Source: Chamaesiphon sp. | Lineage (GTDB): Bacteria; Cyanobacteriota; Cyanobacteriia; Cyanobacteriales; Chamaesiphonaceae | Direction of reading: 5' to 3' | DNA length: 64,000 bases | Assembly: GCA_965246715.1 (NCBI GenBank) | Contig: CBDFFH010000029.1 | Coordinates: 32,001-96,000, forward strand | Shown: positions 31,164 through 42,257 of the stretch, piece by piece | Layout: each line of letters opens with the position of its first letter | How positions within the stretch are numbered: the first letter of the stretch is position 1 | Position numbers and translations under genes: made by a program | Notes under the pieces: generated by a model | Database searches by the model: none | Seen by the model: the letters and a program-made list of their open reading frames with translations, nothing else | What the model was told of the DNA's origin: nothing

Positions 31164-33311
31164 ATGTCTAATTTCCTCTTAGAAGTCGGTACCGAAGATT
31201 TGCCCGCAGGTTTTGTGAGCGATGCGATTCGCCAGTGGGAAACGATGATTCCGGCTAGTCTGGCGGCTGAAGCCTTAACTCACGATCGAGTACAGGTTTA
31301 TGCTACACCGCGCCGTCTGTCAGTTATTGTTACAAATCTACCCGATCGGCAGATCGATCGCGAAGAGGAAATCAAAGGCCCACCAGCCGCCGCCGCATAT
31401 AAAGATGGACAACCGACTCCCGCAGCATTGGGGTTTGCGCGCAAGCAAGGTGTAGATCCTGCCAGTCTAGAATTACGCATGACAGATAAAGGGGAATTTA
31501 TCTTCATTACCAAGTCTATTCCCGGTCGCGATACTAGAGAGATTTTAACCGAGTTGATTCCTCAGTGGATTTTTAAATTAGAAGGCAAACGCTTGATGCG
31601 GTGGGCGAATGGGGATTTAAAATTCCCCCGACCGATTCGCTGGTTGATTGCCCTGTGGAATGAGGCTATTTTACCGATCGAAATTACTAACGATGAGGAT
31701 ACAGTAAAAAGCGATCGCATTTCTCGCACCCATCGAGTTTTACATCCGGCACCAGTTTCCGTCGCTTCAGCCGCTGAGTATTTAAAAACCTTGGCATCTG
31801 GTTATGTAAATGTAGACCAAAATCAGCGCAAGAGTGATATCCAGCAGCAGATTCAGGCGGCGGCGGCTAAGATGGGCGGAGTCGCAGAAATTTATCCCGA
31901 TCTGCTGGATGAAGTTGTTAATTTAGTCGAATATCCGACCGCGATCGTTGGTAAATTCGATGACGAGTTTCTCAAGTTACCAGCAGAAGTAATTACGACT
32001 GTAATGGTGACGCATCAACGGTATTTCCCGATCTTTAAAGACGAGCGAAAACAGGAACTTTTACCGCACTTTATTACGATTTCCAATGGCGATCCGGCTA
32101 AGTCAGCAATTATCGCTGAGGGCAATGGGCGGGTAGTCAGAGCGAGATTAGCCGACGGACAGTATTTTTATAATGCCGATTTGGTCAAACCACTTGCCGA
32201 ATACTTACCACGATTGGAAATGGTGACCTTTCAAGCCGACTTAGGTTCGGTAAAATTGAAAGTCGATCGGATTATCCAAAATGCCGAGGCGATCGCGAGT
32301 CAATTATCGCTCGATCCGACAGCAAAACAATATATCGATCGAGCTGCCCGATTATGCAAAGCCGATCTAGTCACGCAGATGGTGGGTGAATTCCCCGAAT
32401 TGCAAGGAATCATGGGTACCAAATATGCGATTGCTAATGGCGAAGCACCGGAAGTAGCAACAGCAATTTTCGAGCATTATTTACCCCGCAATGCTGAAGA
32501 TAGTTTACCCAAAACTTTGACCGGACAAGTAGTTGGGATCGCAGATCGGTTAGATACTTTAGTTTGTATCTTTGGTTTGCGAATGCTCCCGACAGGTTCC
32601 TCCGATCCGTTTGCCCTGCGCCGGGCGGCAAATGCGATTATTAATATCGCGTGGAGTGCTAATTTAGCGATCGATCTGAATTTATTACTCGATCGCGTCG
32701 TGACTGATTTCAGCCACGTCCGTCCACAGATCGATATCGCCGAACTCACCCAACAGTTGCAGGATTTCTTCAGCCAACGGCTGCGAAATTTACTCCAAGA
32801 AGATCTGCATATCGATTACGATCTCGTCAATGCTGTTCTGGGCGAGAACGATCGCGAATATACCCAACGAGCCTTAACCGATTTACTCGACACCCGCGCC
32901 CGCGCTGTGTTTCTCCAACAGATTCGGGATAATGGCACCTTAGAACGAATCTATCCTACTGTCAATCGATCGAGTAAATTAGCCGTGCAGGGGACTTTAG
33001 ACACTCAACAATTAGCACCAACGGAAGTAGTTCAGACCAGTCTATTCCAGAAATCCTCAGAACAAGCAGTCTACGACGGGTTAATCGCCCTAGAACCCCA
33101 GACAAAAGCCGCACGGGTTTCTCGAAACTATCAGCAGCTCATGGACGCGCTAGGTCAGCTTACCCCCGCGATCGAGCGGTTCTTTGATGGTGAGGATAGT
33201 GTCCTAATTATGGATTCCAATCCCGAAATTAAAGCCAATCGATTGAATCTCTTGGGACTCGTCCGCAATCATGCTAGAGTTTTAGCTGATTTTGGCGCAA
33301 TTGTTAAGTAA
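31164..33311 (+). CDS. glyS: Glycine-tRNA ligase beta subunit
   Basis: [38 protein letters not shown]. Confidence 0.97.
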   Translation: MSNFLLEVGTEDLPAGFVSDAIRQWETMIPASLAAEALTHDRVQVYATPRRLSVIVTNLPDRQIDREEEIKGPPAAAAYKDGQPTPAALGFARKQGVDPASLELRMTDKGEFIFITKSIPGRDTREILTELIPQWIFKLEGKRLMRWANGDLKFPRPIRWLIALWNEAILPIEITNDEDTVKSDRISRTHRVLHPAPVSVASAAEYLKTLASGYVNVDQNQRKSDIQQQIQAAAAKMGGVAEIYPDLLDEVVNLVEYPTAIVGKFDDEFLKLPAEVITTVMVTHQRYFPIFKDERKQELLPHFITISNGDPAKSAIIAEGNGRVVRARLADGQYFYNADLVKPLAEYLPRLEMVTFQADLGSVKLKVDRIIQNAEAIASQLSLDPTAKQYIDRAARLCKADLVTQMVGEFPELQGIMGTKYAIANGEAPEVATAIFEHYLPRNAEDSLPKTLTGQVVGIADRLDTLVCIFGLRMLPTGSSDPFALRRAANAIINIAWSANLAIDLNLLLDRVVTDFSHVRPQIDIAELTQQLQDFFSQRLRNLLQEDLHIDYDLVNAVLGENDREYTQRALTDLLDTRARAVFLQQIRDNGTLERIYPTVNRSSKLAVQGTLDTQQLAPTEVVQTSLFQKSSEQAVYDGLIALEPQTKAARVSRNYQQLMDALGQLTPAIERFFDGEDSVLIMDSNPEIKANRLNLLGLVRNHARVLADFGAIVK

Positions 33312-33483
33312 CGTGAGTTCGGGTTAAGAAGAGCCTAGAGACTGGAAGTCTCGACTTGTGATGCAAAGTTCGCCTTCGCGGACTAATATCCTAGTCCGCC
33401 TTCGCGGACTTTGCAGTGCTAGCCCCGATTTCAATCGGTGGCGGGACTCAATCGAAGCAAATATCCTTAACCCGATCTCACGT
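33311..33483. mobile_element. IS982-like MITE, type B
   Basis: ACGTGAGTTCGGGTTAAG / CTTAACCCGATCTCACGT; its first base completes the glyS TAA. Confidence 0.85.
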
Positions 33484-33492
33484 TAAAATAAT

Positions 33493-34470
33493 ATGAAATC
33501 TAATATTTATCGATCGCCTACTCGGACGAAACTCTTATCCTTGCTGCTCGTATTTGGGTTACTAACTAGTTGCGATCGACCTGCCAAAAATTCGCGCGAA
33601 AATCTAGCAGCCAATAACGGTAAGCCGAAAGTGGTCGTAACTACTAGCGTATTGTGCGATCTTACCAGGCAGATTGCGGCTGAGACGATCGATCTAGTCT
33701 GTCTACTACCACCCGGTAGCGATCCGCACATCTATCAACTTACCCCAGCCGCCAGACAAGCGATCGAAGATGCCAAACTGATCTTCTACAGTGGCTATGG
33801 GTTCGAGCCAGAACTCATCAAAGCGATCTCAGCGACATCCAATCCCGCGCCAAAAGTAGCCGTCGCTGAAATCGCGGTACCCCAACCACAGCAATTTACC
33901 GAAGATGGCAAAAGTAGTAGCGATCCTCACGTTTGGCACAATGCCAAGAATGGATCTAAAATCGTCGAAATAATTGCTAATAATCTCGTAAAAACGGTAC
34001 CCAATAACTCGGATATTTACAAGCAAAATACGCAAAAATTGACCTCAGAAATCGCACAGATCGATCGCTGGATTAAAACTGAGATCGATACGATTCCACT
34101 TACAAATAAAGTCTTATTCACGACTCACGATGCATTAGGATATTACTCAAAAGCCTACGGTATTCCCGTTGCCGCGCTAGAAGGATTGAGTACTGACGAA
34201 CGACCGAATGCCGCTCGACTGCGCGAACTAATCGAGAAAATTCGGAAGACTCCAGTACCGACGATTTTTGTAGAAGCGACTGTCAACCCCCAATCGATCG
34301 AAACGATCGCCAAAGAAACCAAAGTAAATATCTCCCTGCAGAAAATCTATGCCGATGGCTTAGGTGAAGTAAATAGTGCTGGTGGCACTTATCAGAAAAT
34401 GTTGATTTCTAATACCAAGACGATCGTTGAAGGTTTAGGTGGTAAATATACACCCTTTGCCACTAATTAG
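33493..34470 (+). CDS. Zn/Mn ABC transporter substrate-binding lipoprotein
   Basis: Lipobox LTSC, DPHIY, DPHVWH, HDALGY. Confidence 0.92.
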   Translation: MKSNIYRSPTRTKLLSLLLVFGLLTSCDRPAKNSRENLAANNGKPKVVVTTSVLCDLTRQIAAETIDLVCLLPPGSDPHIYQLTPAARQAIEDAKLIFYSGYGFEPELIKAISATSNPAPKVAVAEIAVPQPQQFTEDGKSSSDPHVWHNAKNGSKIVEIIANNLVKTVPNNSDIYKQNTQKLTSEIAQIDRWIKTEIDTIPLTNKVLFTTHDALGYYSKAYGIPVAALEGLSTDERPNAARLRELIEKIRKTPVPTIFVEATVNPQSIETIAKETKVNISLQKIYADGLGEVNSAGGTYQKMLISNTKTIVEGLGGKYTPFATN

Positions 34471-34545
34471 TTGCGAAGGCATTACTGGCGCGATCGGGAT
34501 AAGATAAATTAACGCTTCTAATCTATATTCAGTAACAAATAACGC

Positions 34546-35601
34546 TTGAATAATCGTCCTTATACGGTAGTTTTAATTATTCCGACTGGGATCGGAGCCT
34601 CAATGGGCGGTTTTGCTGGAGATGGATTACCCATTGCCAAAGCGATCGCGGCTAGTTGCGATCGGTTGATAACCCATCCGAATGTGATGAATGGAGCGCA
34701 ATTGTATTGGAGTATGCCGAATACGCTCTACGTTGAGGGTTATGGATTGGATCGGTTTGCTGCGGGTACGTGGGGATTGCAGCCAGTACGAAAAAATCGG
34801 GTGGGGATTATCTTCGATCGATCCGTGCCTGACGATCTGCGCGTCCGCCACCTTCAAGCCGCAGATGCTGCTAGAGCGACGCTAGGATTGGATTTAACCG
34901 ATTATGTCGTGACAGACCTCCCTTTGGGTGTCGAGCTGCAAACAGCGGCTTCTGGAGCCTCCTGGGGCACGATCCAACAGCCAGACAGTCTCCTCAGAGC
35001 GGCAGATAAACTAATTACCGCAGCAAAAGCCGACGCGATCGCTGTTGTTGCCAGATTTCCCGACGATCCGGGGGCAGAAATCCTCCACGATTACCGTCAT
35101 GGCATCGGTGTCGATCCGTTAGCTGGTGCGGAAGCCGTTATCAGCCACCTGATCGTGCGGACGTTTCAGGTGCCCTGTGCCCACGCGCCAGCGCTATCGC
35201 CACTCCCGATCGATCCGGACATTTCACCGCGATCGGCAGCTGAGGAATTAGGCTATACTTTCTTGCCCTGCGTTTTAGTCGGATTGAGCCGCGCGCCGCA
35301 ATTTATTACTACCGATCGAGCAGCGGGTGGAGTCTGGGCTGATGAAGTAGATGCCGTCATCATCCCCGCATCTGCTTGTGGCGGCAGTGGCGTAATTAGT
35401 TTCGCTGGCACAAAGACTAAAATTATTACAGTTGCCGAAAATATGACGCGGATGGCAGTCCCACCGACAGCACTCGGCATTGAGTCAATTGCGGTAAACT
35501 CGTATTTAGAAGCGATCGGGGTAATTGCAGTCGATCGTGCTGGTATGAGTCTAGATAGTTTTTATCCTCGAATCGATCGACTAAAAGAGTACGGATCCTA
35601 A
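34546..35601 (+). CDS. DUF3326 family protein
   Basis: IPTGIGASMGGFAGD, LITHPNVMNGA, AGAEAVISH. Confidence 0.85.
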   Translation: MNNRPYTVVLIIPTGIGASMGGFAGDGLPIAKAIAASCDRLITHPNVMNGAQLYWSMPNTLYVEGYGLDRFAAGTWGLQPVRKNRVGIIFDRSVPDDLRVRHLQAADAARATLGLDLTDYVVTDLPLGVELQTAASGASWGTIQQPDSLLRAADKLITAAKADAIAVVARFPDDPGAEILHDYRHGIGVDPLAGAEAVISHLIVRTFQVPCAHAPALSPLPIDPDISPRSAAEELGYTFLPCVLVGLSRAPQFITTDRAAGGVWADEVDAVIIPASACGGSGVISFAGTKTKIITVAENMTRMAVPPTALGIESIAVNSYLEAIGVIAVDRAGMSLDSFYPRIDRLKEYGS

Positions 35602-35662
35602 ACCCAACATCGCCAAACCTCAGCGCTAGTAAGGTGAGGTAGGTTCCAGCTCTAGATCTAGC

Positions 35663-35690
35663 CACTATTCACTATTCACTATTCACTGTT
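35663..35690. repeat. Heptamer tandem repeat (CACTATT)x4
   Basis: Read directly; last unit CACTGTT. Confidence 0.8.
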
Positions 35691-35695
35691 CCCCG

Positions 35696-36277
35696 ATGAA
35701 CTCCCAAAACCCGGACATCGAACCTTTATCGCGCACCCAGATTTTAATTGCGATGGCGGTAACAGCAGTAGTGTTATTTGGGTTGGCAAAACTGTGGCTG
35801 TATTTAGGCGATCTTCAGTTGCGTCCGCTCGACTTTTCGATCGTCAATCTGGGGATTGGAATCTTGCTGGGGTTGGGACTGACGGGTTTGAGTGAGATTA
35901 TCTATGCGCTCTGGGGGACTTATCGCCAGAGTGCAGATTTTTACCTGACGATGGTATTGACACCCTTGGCGGTACCCGATGTGATTTGGCTGGGAATTTT
36001 ACCTGGATTGAGTGAAGAGTTATTATTTCGCGGGGTGATGTTACCAGCGATCGGGTTAGATCCGATCGGCATCGTATTATCATCCCTCTGTTTTGGGGTA
36101 TTACATATGACCGATCTGCGGCAATGGCCGTATGCAGTTTGGGCGACAGCGATCGGGATGTTGTTGGGATATACAATGGTCGAAACGGGTAATCTCCTAA
36201 TTCCAATCGTCGCTCACATCACGACTAATCTGGTGTCGGGATTATCATGGAAATTGACACCGAAAAATGTGGGATAG
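35696..36277 (+). CDS. CPBP (CAAX/Abi) intramembrane metalloprotease
   Basis: EELLFRG, FGVLH, AHITTN motifs. Confidence 0.92.
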   Translation: MNSQNPDIEPLSRTQILIAMAVTAVVLFGLAKLWLYLGDLQLRPLDFSIVNLGIGILLGLGLTGLSEIIYALWGTYRQSADFYLTMVLTPLAVPDVIWLGILPGLSEELLFRGVMLPAIGLDPIGIVLSSLCFGVLHMTDLRQWPYAVWATAIGMLLGYTMVETGNLLIPIVAHITTNLVSGLSWKLTPKNVG

Positions 36278-36307
36278 ATAAGGGCTGGCGGTTGAAACCG
36301 TGCTTAA

Positions 36308-37036
36308 CTAATGTCCCCCAACGCCTAAATAAGTCTCGATTACCTTGGGATCTTTGAGTAACTCGCTACCAATCCCCTCATGCTTGACAATTCCGGTGTC
36401 TAAAACGTAACCTCGATCGGACATTGCCAGTGCCTTCTTCGCATTTTGTTCGACAAGGACGATTGCCGTACCAGTTTGCACGATTGCCTTGACTTGTTTG
36501 AGTACGTCGGTGACTAAAGCGGGTGAAAGCGCCGCCGATGGCTCGTCAAGGACTAGTAATTCGGGATCGAGCATCAGGGCTTTACCCATCGCTAACATTT
36601 GCCGTTCGCCGCCAGAGAGCGTTCCCGCGCGTTGTTTGCGACGTTCCGCCAAGCGGGGAAACATGGTGTAAATCTTATCTTTGAGTTGCTTGAGATCTGT
36701 GGTGCAGATAAATCCACCCATCTCTAGATTTTCCTCGATCGTCAGCGATCGAAAGACATTCGCAATCTGGGGAACATAACACATCCCTTTCTGGACGATC
36801 CGATCGGATTTCAGCCCCCCAATCTCTTCGCCTTTGAACGTAATCGTCCCAGTATGCGGTGTCAGCAGTCCGAAAATCGTCTTCGCCAGCGTCGATTTGC
36901 CTGCACCATTCCCCCCGATCACCGCGACTAATTCCCCTGGTTGCACGACAAAATCAATGCCATTGAGAATATCCGAGCCAGGATTATAGCCAGCACGGAC
37001 ATCTTTGACTACTAACAGTGGGGGTGAGCTAGGCAT
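36308..37036 (-). CDS. LivF/NatE-type amino acid ABC transporter ATPase
   Basis: GGNGAGKST, LSGGERQMLAM, LVEQNA; alternative start 37099. Confidence 0.9.
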   Translation of the reverse strand: MPSSPPLLVVKDVRAGYNPGSDILNGIDFVVQPGELVAVIGGNGAGKSTLAKTIFGLLTPHTGTITFKGEEIGGLKSDRIVQKGMCYVPQIANVFRSLTIEENLEMGGFICTTDLKQLKDKIYTMFPRLAERRKQRAGTLSGGERQMLAMGKALMLDPELLVLDEPSAALSPALVTDVLKQVKAIVQTGTAIVLVEQNAKKALAMSDRGYVLDTGIVKHEGIGSELLKDPKVIETYLGVGGH

Positions 37037-37236
37037 TGATGGAGTTAGATGGGAGAGGTGTAAAAGTTGGCTGGATGGCGTTTCGATCGCATCTTCCATA
37101 ACGATATCTTGCCGAGGAGTCGGCCAGAGTAGATTGTGGGATAGCTAAATAATAAGGTAAATTACCTCGTATCTCACCACATTCAATACTTGGATCTTGC
37201 TCCATGTAAATAGGGACTAGTACTAGCACCGATTTA

Positions 37237-37356
37237 GGGTACCCACAAGCGACGCGCGCTCCTCGGGTTTCCCGAGGGTTTCCCGAGGGTTTAGCGCGTC
37301 AAGACAGGGGCACCCCTACAGGTTTAATTGTGTAGGGGTGCCCCTTGTGGGTACCC
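37237..37356. repeat. Inverted REP doublet; left REP interrupted by a 58-bp mini-element (37249-37306)
   Basis: Removing 37249-37306 restores GGGTACCCACAAGGGGCACCCCTAC exactly. Confidence 0.85.
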
Positions 37357-37445
37357 TTGGGTTGTAGCAGTAACTTGCCCACCCGATAGCGAAGTCAAGA
37401 GTATTTCCCTCCAAGGAGGGGTGATAAGGGTTGAGACGATCGTGT

Positions 37446-39140
37446 CTACTTTTTCTTACCCCCAGCTTTGGCTGCTTTAGCAGCTTTTTTAGCAGCTTGT
37501 TCGGCTGCAAATGACTGCTGTTTCTCCTGCTCGCGTTCTTCTTCCAACTTATCCAGGTAGTAGTGATAATCGCCTAAATATACCCGAAACTCACCATCGC
37601 GAACTTCGACGATTTTATTGGCAACTTGAGAGATAAAGTAGCGATCGTGTGAAACGATTAATGCAGTGCCATCGTAGTTGACCAAAGCATCTTCGAGCAT
37701 TTCCTTGGCTGGAATGTCTAAGTGGTTTGTTGGCTCGTCGAGGATGAGCAAGTTGGCGGGAATTAGCAGCATTTTCGCGAGTGCGAGCCGCGCTTTTTCA
37801 CCACCACTAAGCGATTCAACTTTTTTAAAAACCGTATCGCCACTAAACAAGAAGCGACCTAATAAAGTACGAACTTCTTCATTTTTCCAGTCGGGTACTT
37901 CATCATGGATCGTTTCCATGACAGTGCGATCGAGATCCAATGCTTCGGCTTGATTTTGCTCGAAATAGCTGGGGATCACATTATGTTCGCCGAGCTTGAC
38001 GGTACCGCCAGTTTGTTTTTCCATCCCGACGATGATTTTCAAGAGGGTGGATTTACCACAACCATTCGGCCCTAAAAAGGCAATCCGATCGCCACTTTCG
38101 ATAAATAAGTCAGTGCCTAAGAATAAAATTTTATCATCGTAGACATGCTCTAAATTCTCGATCGTCACTACTTCGCGACCGCTCCGAGGTGCTGGTGGAA
38201 ACCGGAAATTGAGCGTTTTCATGCTCGACTCTGGAGCTACGATCCGCTCGACTTTATCGAGTAGTTTCTCGCGGCTTTTCGCTTGGGTACTCCGCGTTGC
38301 ACTAGCACGGAATTTTTCGACGAAGGCTTGTTGTTTTTCGAGTTCTTTTTGCTGACGCTCGAAGGCACTCAATTGTGCTGATTGGCTTTCGGCTTTTTGA
38401 GCGAGGTAGGTTGAATAATTACCGAGGTAAGTCGAGGAGACACCGCGTTCGGTTTCGACGATCGAAGTACACAACCGATCGAGAAACTCGCGATCGTGTG
38501 AAATAATTACCATCGGCGTTTCGAGATTTTTGAGATAGTTTTCCAACCACTCGATCGTCTCTAAGTCTAGGTGGTTAGTCGGCTCATCCAGCAGCAGCAG
38601 ATCGGGGAATTGGAGGAGGATCTTGCCCAAACTCATCCGCATTTGCCAACCACCACTAAAAGCACTGACTAATCGATCGGCATCATCCAATTCAAATCCG
38701 ACTTCTGGTAAAATCTTATCGATTTCGGCTTCTAAGGCATAGCCATTCAAGGCTTCATATAGGCGTTGGTACTTATCCATCTTATCGAGCAGTTTATCGA
38801 GCGCGTCACCACTAGCTGTCTCTAGCTGATGGTGGATCTTGCTCAGCTCCGAATGAACGCGATTGGCTTCACCAAAGGCTTGCCACAATTCTTCCTTAAC
38901 GGTTCGCGTCGGGTCGACATCAAATTCTTGATTGAGATAGGCGATATTCAGACTATTTGGACGCACGATCTCGCCGCTGGTGGGTTCGATCTGCCCAGCG
39001 ATAATCTTCATCTGGGTCGATTTGCCCGCACCATTCACCCCCACAAGTCCGATTCGATCTCCTGGCTTTACTTCCCAATTAATGTCCTTGAGGACTTCGC
39101 CTGTGGGATAAATCTTGCAGATATGTTCCAGTCGCAGCAT
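37446..39140 (-). CDS. ABC-F family ATPase
   Basis: Two ABC cassettes (GVNGAGKS, GPNGCGKS; DEPTNHLD twice), no TM segments. Confidence 0.95.
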   Translation of the reverse strand: MLRLEHICKIYPTGEVLKDINWEVKPGDRIGLVGVNGAGKSTQMKIIAGQIEPTSGEIVRPNSLNIAYLNQEFDVDPTRTVKEELWQAFGEANRVHSELSKIHHQLETASGDALDKLLDKMDKYQRLYEALNGYALEAEIDKILPEVGFELDDADRLVSAFSGGWQMRMSLGKILLQFPDLLLLDEPTNHLDLETIEWLENYLKNLETPMVIISHDREFLDRLCTSIVETERGVSSTYLGNYSTYLAQKAESQSAQLSAFERQQKELEKQQAFVEKFRASATRSTQAKSREKLLDKVERIVAPESSMKTLNFRFPPAPRSGREVVTIENLEHVYDDKILFLGTDLFIESGDRIAFLGPNGCGKSTLLKIIVGMEKQTGGTVKLGEHNVIPSYFEQNQAEALDLDRTVMETIHDEVPDWKNEEVRTLLGRFLFSGDTVFKKVESLSGGEKARLALAKMLLIPANLLILDEPTNHLDIPAKEMLEDALVNYDGTALIVSHDRYFISQVANKIVEVRDGEFRVYLGDYHYYLDKLEEEREQEKQQSFAAEQAAKKAAKAAKAGGKKK

Positions 39141-39400
39141 GAAATTAATTCTCTCCAGGAGTTAGTGGCGGGATGGCGGGTCTCCCTTACCTATTTTAAC
39201 AAAACTTTACCACTCGATACCATTTCTGTCCGATCGCGTTGGTATGGGTGCCAACTCCTGTCACTGAGCGAATATTGTCTTGATGCTGACGATCGAACGA
39301 TCTGCTGCGATATTTTCGATCGCAATTGCGGCTAGAGCGGCTAGCTAGAATCAACTTTAGCGCAGGACAACACCTCACCGAAAATTTATTTGTCACGATA

Positions 39401-39430
39401 CTTAATCGATCGTTAAACTAGGATTAAATA
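39401..39430 (+). promoter_or_regulatory. Candidate Pho box upstream of the first pstS
   Basis: CTTAATCG-3-GTTAAACT-3-ATTAAAAT, TTAA repeats at 11-bp period. Confidence 0.6.
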
Positions 39431-39579
39431 AACGTTAATTTCCCAAAGATCGGCGATCGGGTTGTGGTTGCGCTAGGATTTTAGGTAAGGTCGAATCTTT
39501 CAAATATCTGCTGAAATACTACCTCAAGTATTAGATGTTTCGATCGCAATTTTCTTCAACAATTTAATATCTACAACTT

Positions 39580-40686
39580 ATGTTATCTAAAAATTTTGGT
39601 CGGTTGACAACTCTGGCTGCATTAGTCGCCATATCGATTTTACCAGCAGGTTGCGGCAATAAGACTAAAACAAGTAGTGATAGTACTGGTACTAATACGA
39701 GCACAAATACGACTACAACTAATTCACCTGCTGCAAGTGGAGCGAGTATCACCCTCAGCGGCGCTGGTGCAACTTTCCCACAAGCATTGTACGAAAAATA
39801 TTCACAAGAAATTCGCAAAACTCATCCTGAGATCAAGATTAACTATCAAGGGATCGGTAGCGGTGGCGGGATCAAACAAACGATTTCCCGGACGGTCGAT
39901 TTTGGTGCTAGCGATGCGGCGATGACGGATGCCGAAATCGCGAAAGTACCTGGCGGAGTAATTTTGGTGCCGACTGCTGGCGGTGCCGTATCAGCTATTT
40001 ATAATCTCCCTGGTGTTGAAAATCTCAAGCTCTCCAATCCAGTTTTGGCAGGGATCTTCTCTGGCAAAATTACGAAATGGAGCGACCCGCAAATTGCTAA
40101 AGATAATGCAGGTGCTAAACTACCAGATACTGCCATCAAGCAAATAGTTAGGGCCGATAGTAGTGGTACGGCGTTTATTTTTACCAACTATATTAGCAAT
40201 AATAATCCAGACTTTAAATCTACTGTAGGTGCGAGCAAAGAACCTAAATGGCCCGCTACTTTCCTAAAAGGTAAAGGCAATCCGGGCGTAGCTGGCTTGG
40301 TCAAACAAACTCCTGGTTCGATCGGATTTGTGGAGTATGACTTTGCGCTCAAGAATAAATTAGCATCTGCAGCACTCCAAAATAAAGGCGGTGAATTTGT
40401 TGCGCCGACACTTCCAGCCGCCAATCAAGCCCTAGCTGATGTTAAATTTCCCGATAACTTTCGGACGTTCGATATCAATTCTCCCAAAGGTTATCCGATC
40501 GTTGGTTTGACTTGGTTGCTAATCCCTAAACAACAAAAAGATCCAGCTAAAGCTCAAGCCCTAAAAACGATGGTGAAATGGATGCTCACAGATGGTCAGA
40601 AGTTAAATGATGGGTTAAACTTTACTACAATCCCCGCTGCTGTAACCACCCGAGCGATCGCGGCTGTGGAAACTGGCGTGAAGTAG
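39580..40686 (+). CDS. pstS: Phosphate-binding protein PstS (lipoprotein)
   Basis: LPAGC lipobox, Thr/Ser linker, GAGATFP, YQGIGSGGG, DFGASD, RADSSGT. Confidence 0.95.
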   Translation: MLSKNFGRLTTLAALVAISILPAGCGNKTKTSSDSTGTNTSTNTTTTNSPAASGASITLSGAGATFPQALYEKYSQEIRKTHPEIKINYQGIGSGGGIKQTISRTVDFGASDAAMTDAEIAKVPGGVILVPTAGGAVSAIYNLPGVENLKLSNPVLAGIFSGKITKWSDPQIAKDNAGAKLPDTAIKQIVRADSSGTAFIFTNYISNNNPDFKSTVGASKEPKWPATFLKGKGNPGVAGLVKQTPGSIGFVEYDFALKNKLASAALQNKGGEFVAPTLPAANQALADVKFPDNFRTFDINSPKGYPIVGLTWLLIPKQQKDPAKAQALKTMVKWMLTDGQKLNDGLNFTTIPAAVTTRAIAAVETGVK

Positions 40687-40876
40687 ATTTCTCATTTTTT
40701 ACCCGGCATGTCGATCGATATTTACCTGAATTAACAAAAGTTAATTATTGGCGATCGGGTGGCGATCGACAGCCGCAAAATGAAGATAACTGTCAGTAGA
40801 AAGTAGACAGGTTAAAGCTTTCTCACTCAAATCTAAGATTGCAAACTGACATTAAAGTAGTTAGAATATTACCGAA

Positions 40877-40917
40877 TTTAACTATTTTTTAAATTAATCT
40901 TAAACTACCGTTAACCC
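40877..40917 (+). promoter_or_regulatory. Pho box upstream of the second pstS
   Basis: TTTAACTA-3-TTTAAATT-3-CTTAAACT-3-GTTAACCC, four units at 11-bp spacing. Confidence 0.75.
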
Positions 40918-41046
40918 AACCATGATGAAGACTTCATGAATGGTGCGGTAAGATTCTAAGAGCATCGAAAAAACTTAACAATTTGTTGAAACTTATTGTT
41001 AAAAATGTGGTCTGAGAAAGTGTCTTCTAGAAAAAAATCGACAACT

Positions 41047-42072
41047 ATGTTATTCAGTAATTTCGCTCGTATCGGTACTGTTGCAGCAGTAACAGTTTCC
41101 GTTTTTGGCAGTCAATTGGTAGCAATGGCTGAAACCACCCTCAGCGGTGCGGGCGCAACTTTTCCCCAGCCTTTATATGAGAAATACGCACGGGAAATTC
41201 GCAAATCTATTCCAGATATCAAAATTAACTATCAAGGTATCGGTAGCGGTGGTGGGATCAAACAAACGATCGAGAGAACGGTAGATTTTGGCGCGAGCGA
41301 TGCAGCGATGACCGATGGCGAAATTGGGAAGGTCAAAGGTGGCGTAATCATGGTGCCGACGGCTGGTGGTGCGGTGTCGGTTGCCTACAACTTACCTGGT
41401 GTCAAAAACCTCAAATTGTCCAACGCAGTTCTAGCTGGAATTTTCCAAGGCAAAATCAATAGCTGGAGCGATGCCCAAATTGCTAAAGATAATCCTGGTG
41501 CTAAATTGCCCTCTACTGCGATCAAGCCTGTCGTAAGAGCAGACAGTAGTGGTACTTCGTTCATTTTCACCAACCACATTAGTAGCATCAGCCCAGAGTT
41601 TAAATCTGCTGTCGGACCGAGCAAAGAACCCAGATGGCCTTCTGGCTTCGCCAGAGGTGCCAAAAATGCCGGAGTAGCTGGTTTGATCAAACAAACTCCT
41701 GGCGGGATCGGTTATGTCGAGTATGAGTTCGCCCTCAAAAATGGACTCTCCTCCGCACAAGTCCAAAATGGTAGCGGTAAATATGTCGCGCCATCCTTGA
41801 AAGCTGCTAACCAAGCATTGTCTGATGTTGTATTCCCCGAAAACTTCCGGGTATTCGATGTCAATTCTCCTCAAGGTTATCCGATCGTCGGTTTGACTTG
41901 GTTGTTGATTCCCAAACAACAAAAAAATCCTGAAAAAGCCAAAGCCATCAAAGCGATGGTGAAGTGGATTCTCACTGACGGTCAACAATTCAATTCCAAC
42001 CTCAACTACACTTCGATTCCTACGGCAGTTGCCGAACGCGCGATCGCGGCAGTTGAAGCTGGTGTGAAATAG
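41047..42072 (+). CDS. pstS: Phosphate-binding protein PstS (no lipobox)
   Basis: Same motifs as the first copy; cleavable signal ending AMA|E. Confidence 0.95.
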   Translation: MLFSNFARIGTVAAVTVSVFGSQLVAMAETTLSGAGATFPQPLYEKYAREIRKSIPDIKINYQGIGSGGGIKQTIERTVDFGASDAAMTDGEIGKVKGGVIMVPTAGGAVSVAYNLPGVKNLKLSNAVLAGIFQGKINSWSDAQIAKDNPGAKLPSTAIKPVVRADSSGTSFIFTNHISSISPEFKSAVGPSKEPRWPSGFARGAKNAGVAGLIKQTPGGIGYVEYEFALKNGLSSAQVQNGSGKYVAPSLKAANQALSDVVFPENFRVFDVNSPQGYPIVGLTWLLIPKQQKNPEKAKAIKAMVKWILTDGQQFNSNLNYTSIPTAVAERAIAAVEAGVK

Positions 42073-42257
42073 TCTATTAGACTAAACTGTTAGTAGACTA
42101 AGAGTTAGTGTGGGGAGATTGGTGCAGTAGGTTAAAATCGGGCTAAACCGGGCGGATCGAGTCAGTAGTTGCTCATCCGTCCCCCCCCCCCACTCCTCGA
42201 CATTATCCGCTCCCATGTTAAGGCTGCATCCCCACAAACTCCACAATTTATAAAAGT

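Noticed and set aside
15874..33311. glyQ and glyS unlinked
   Set aside because: Separation of these genes is common in cyanobacteria.
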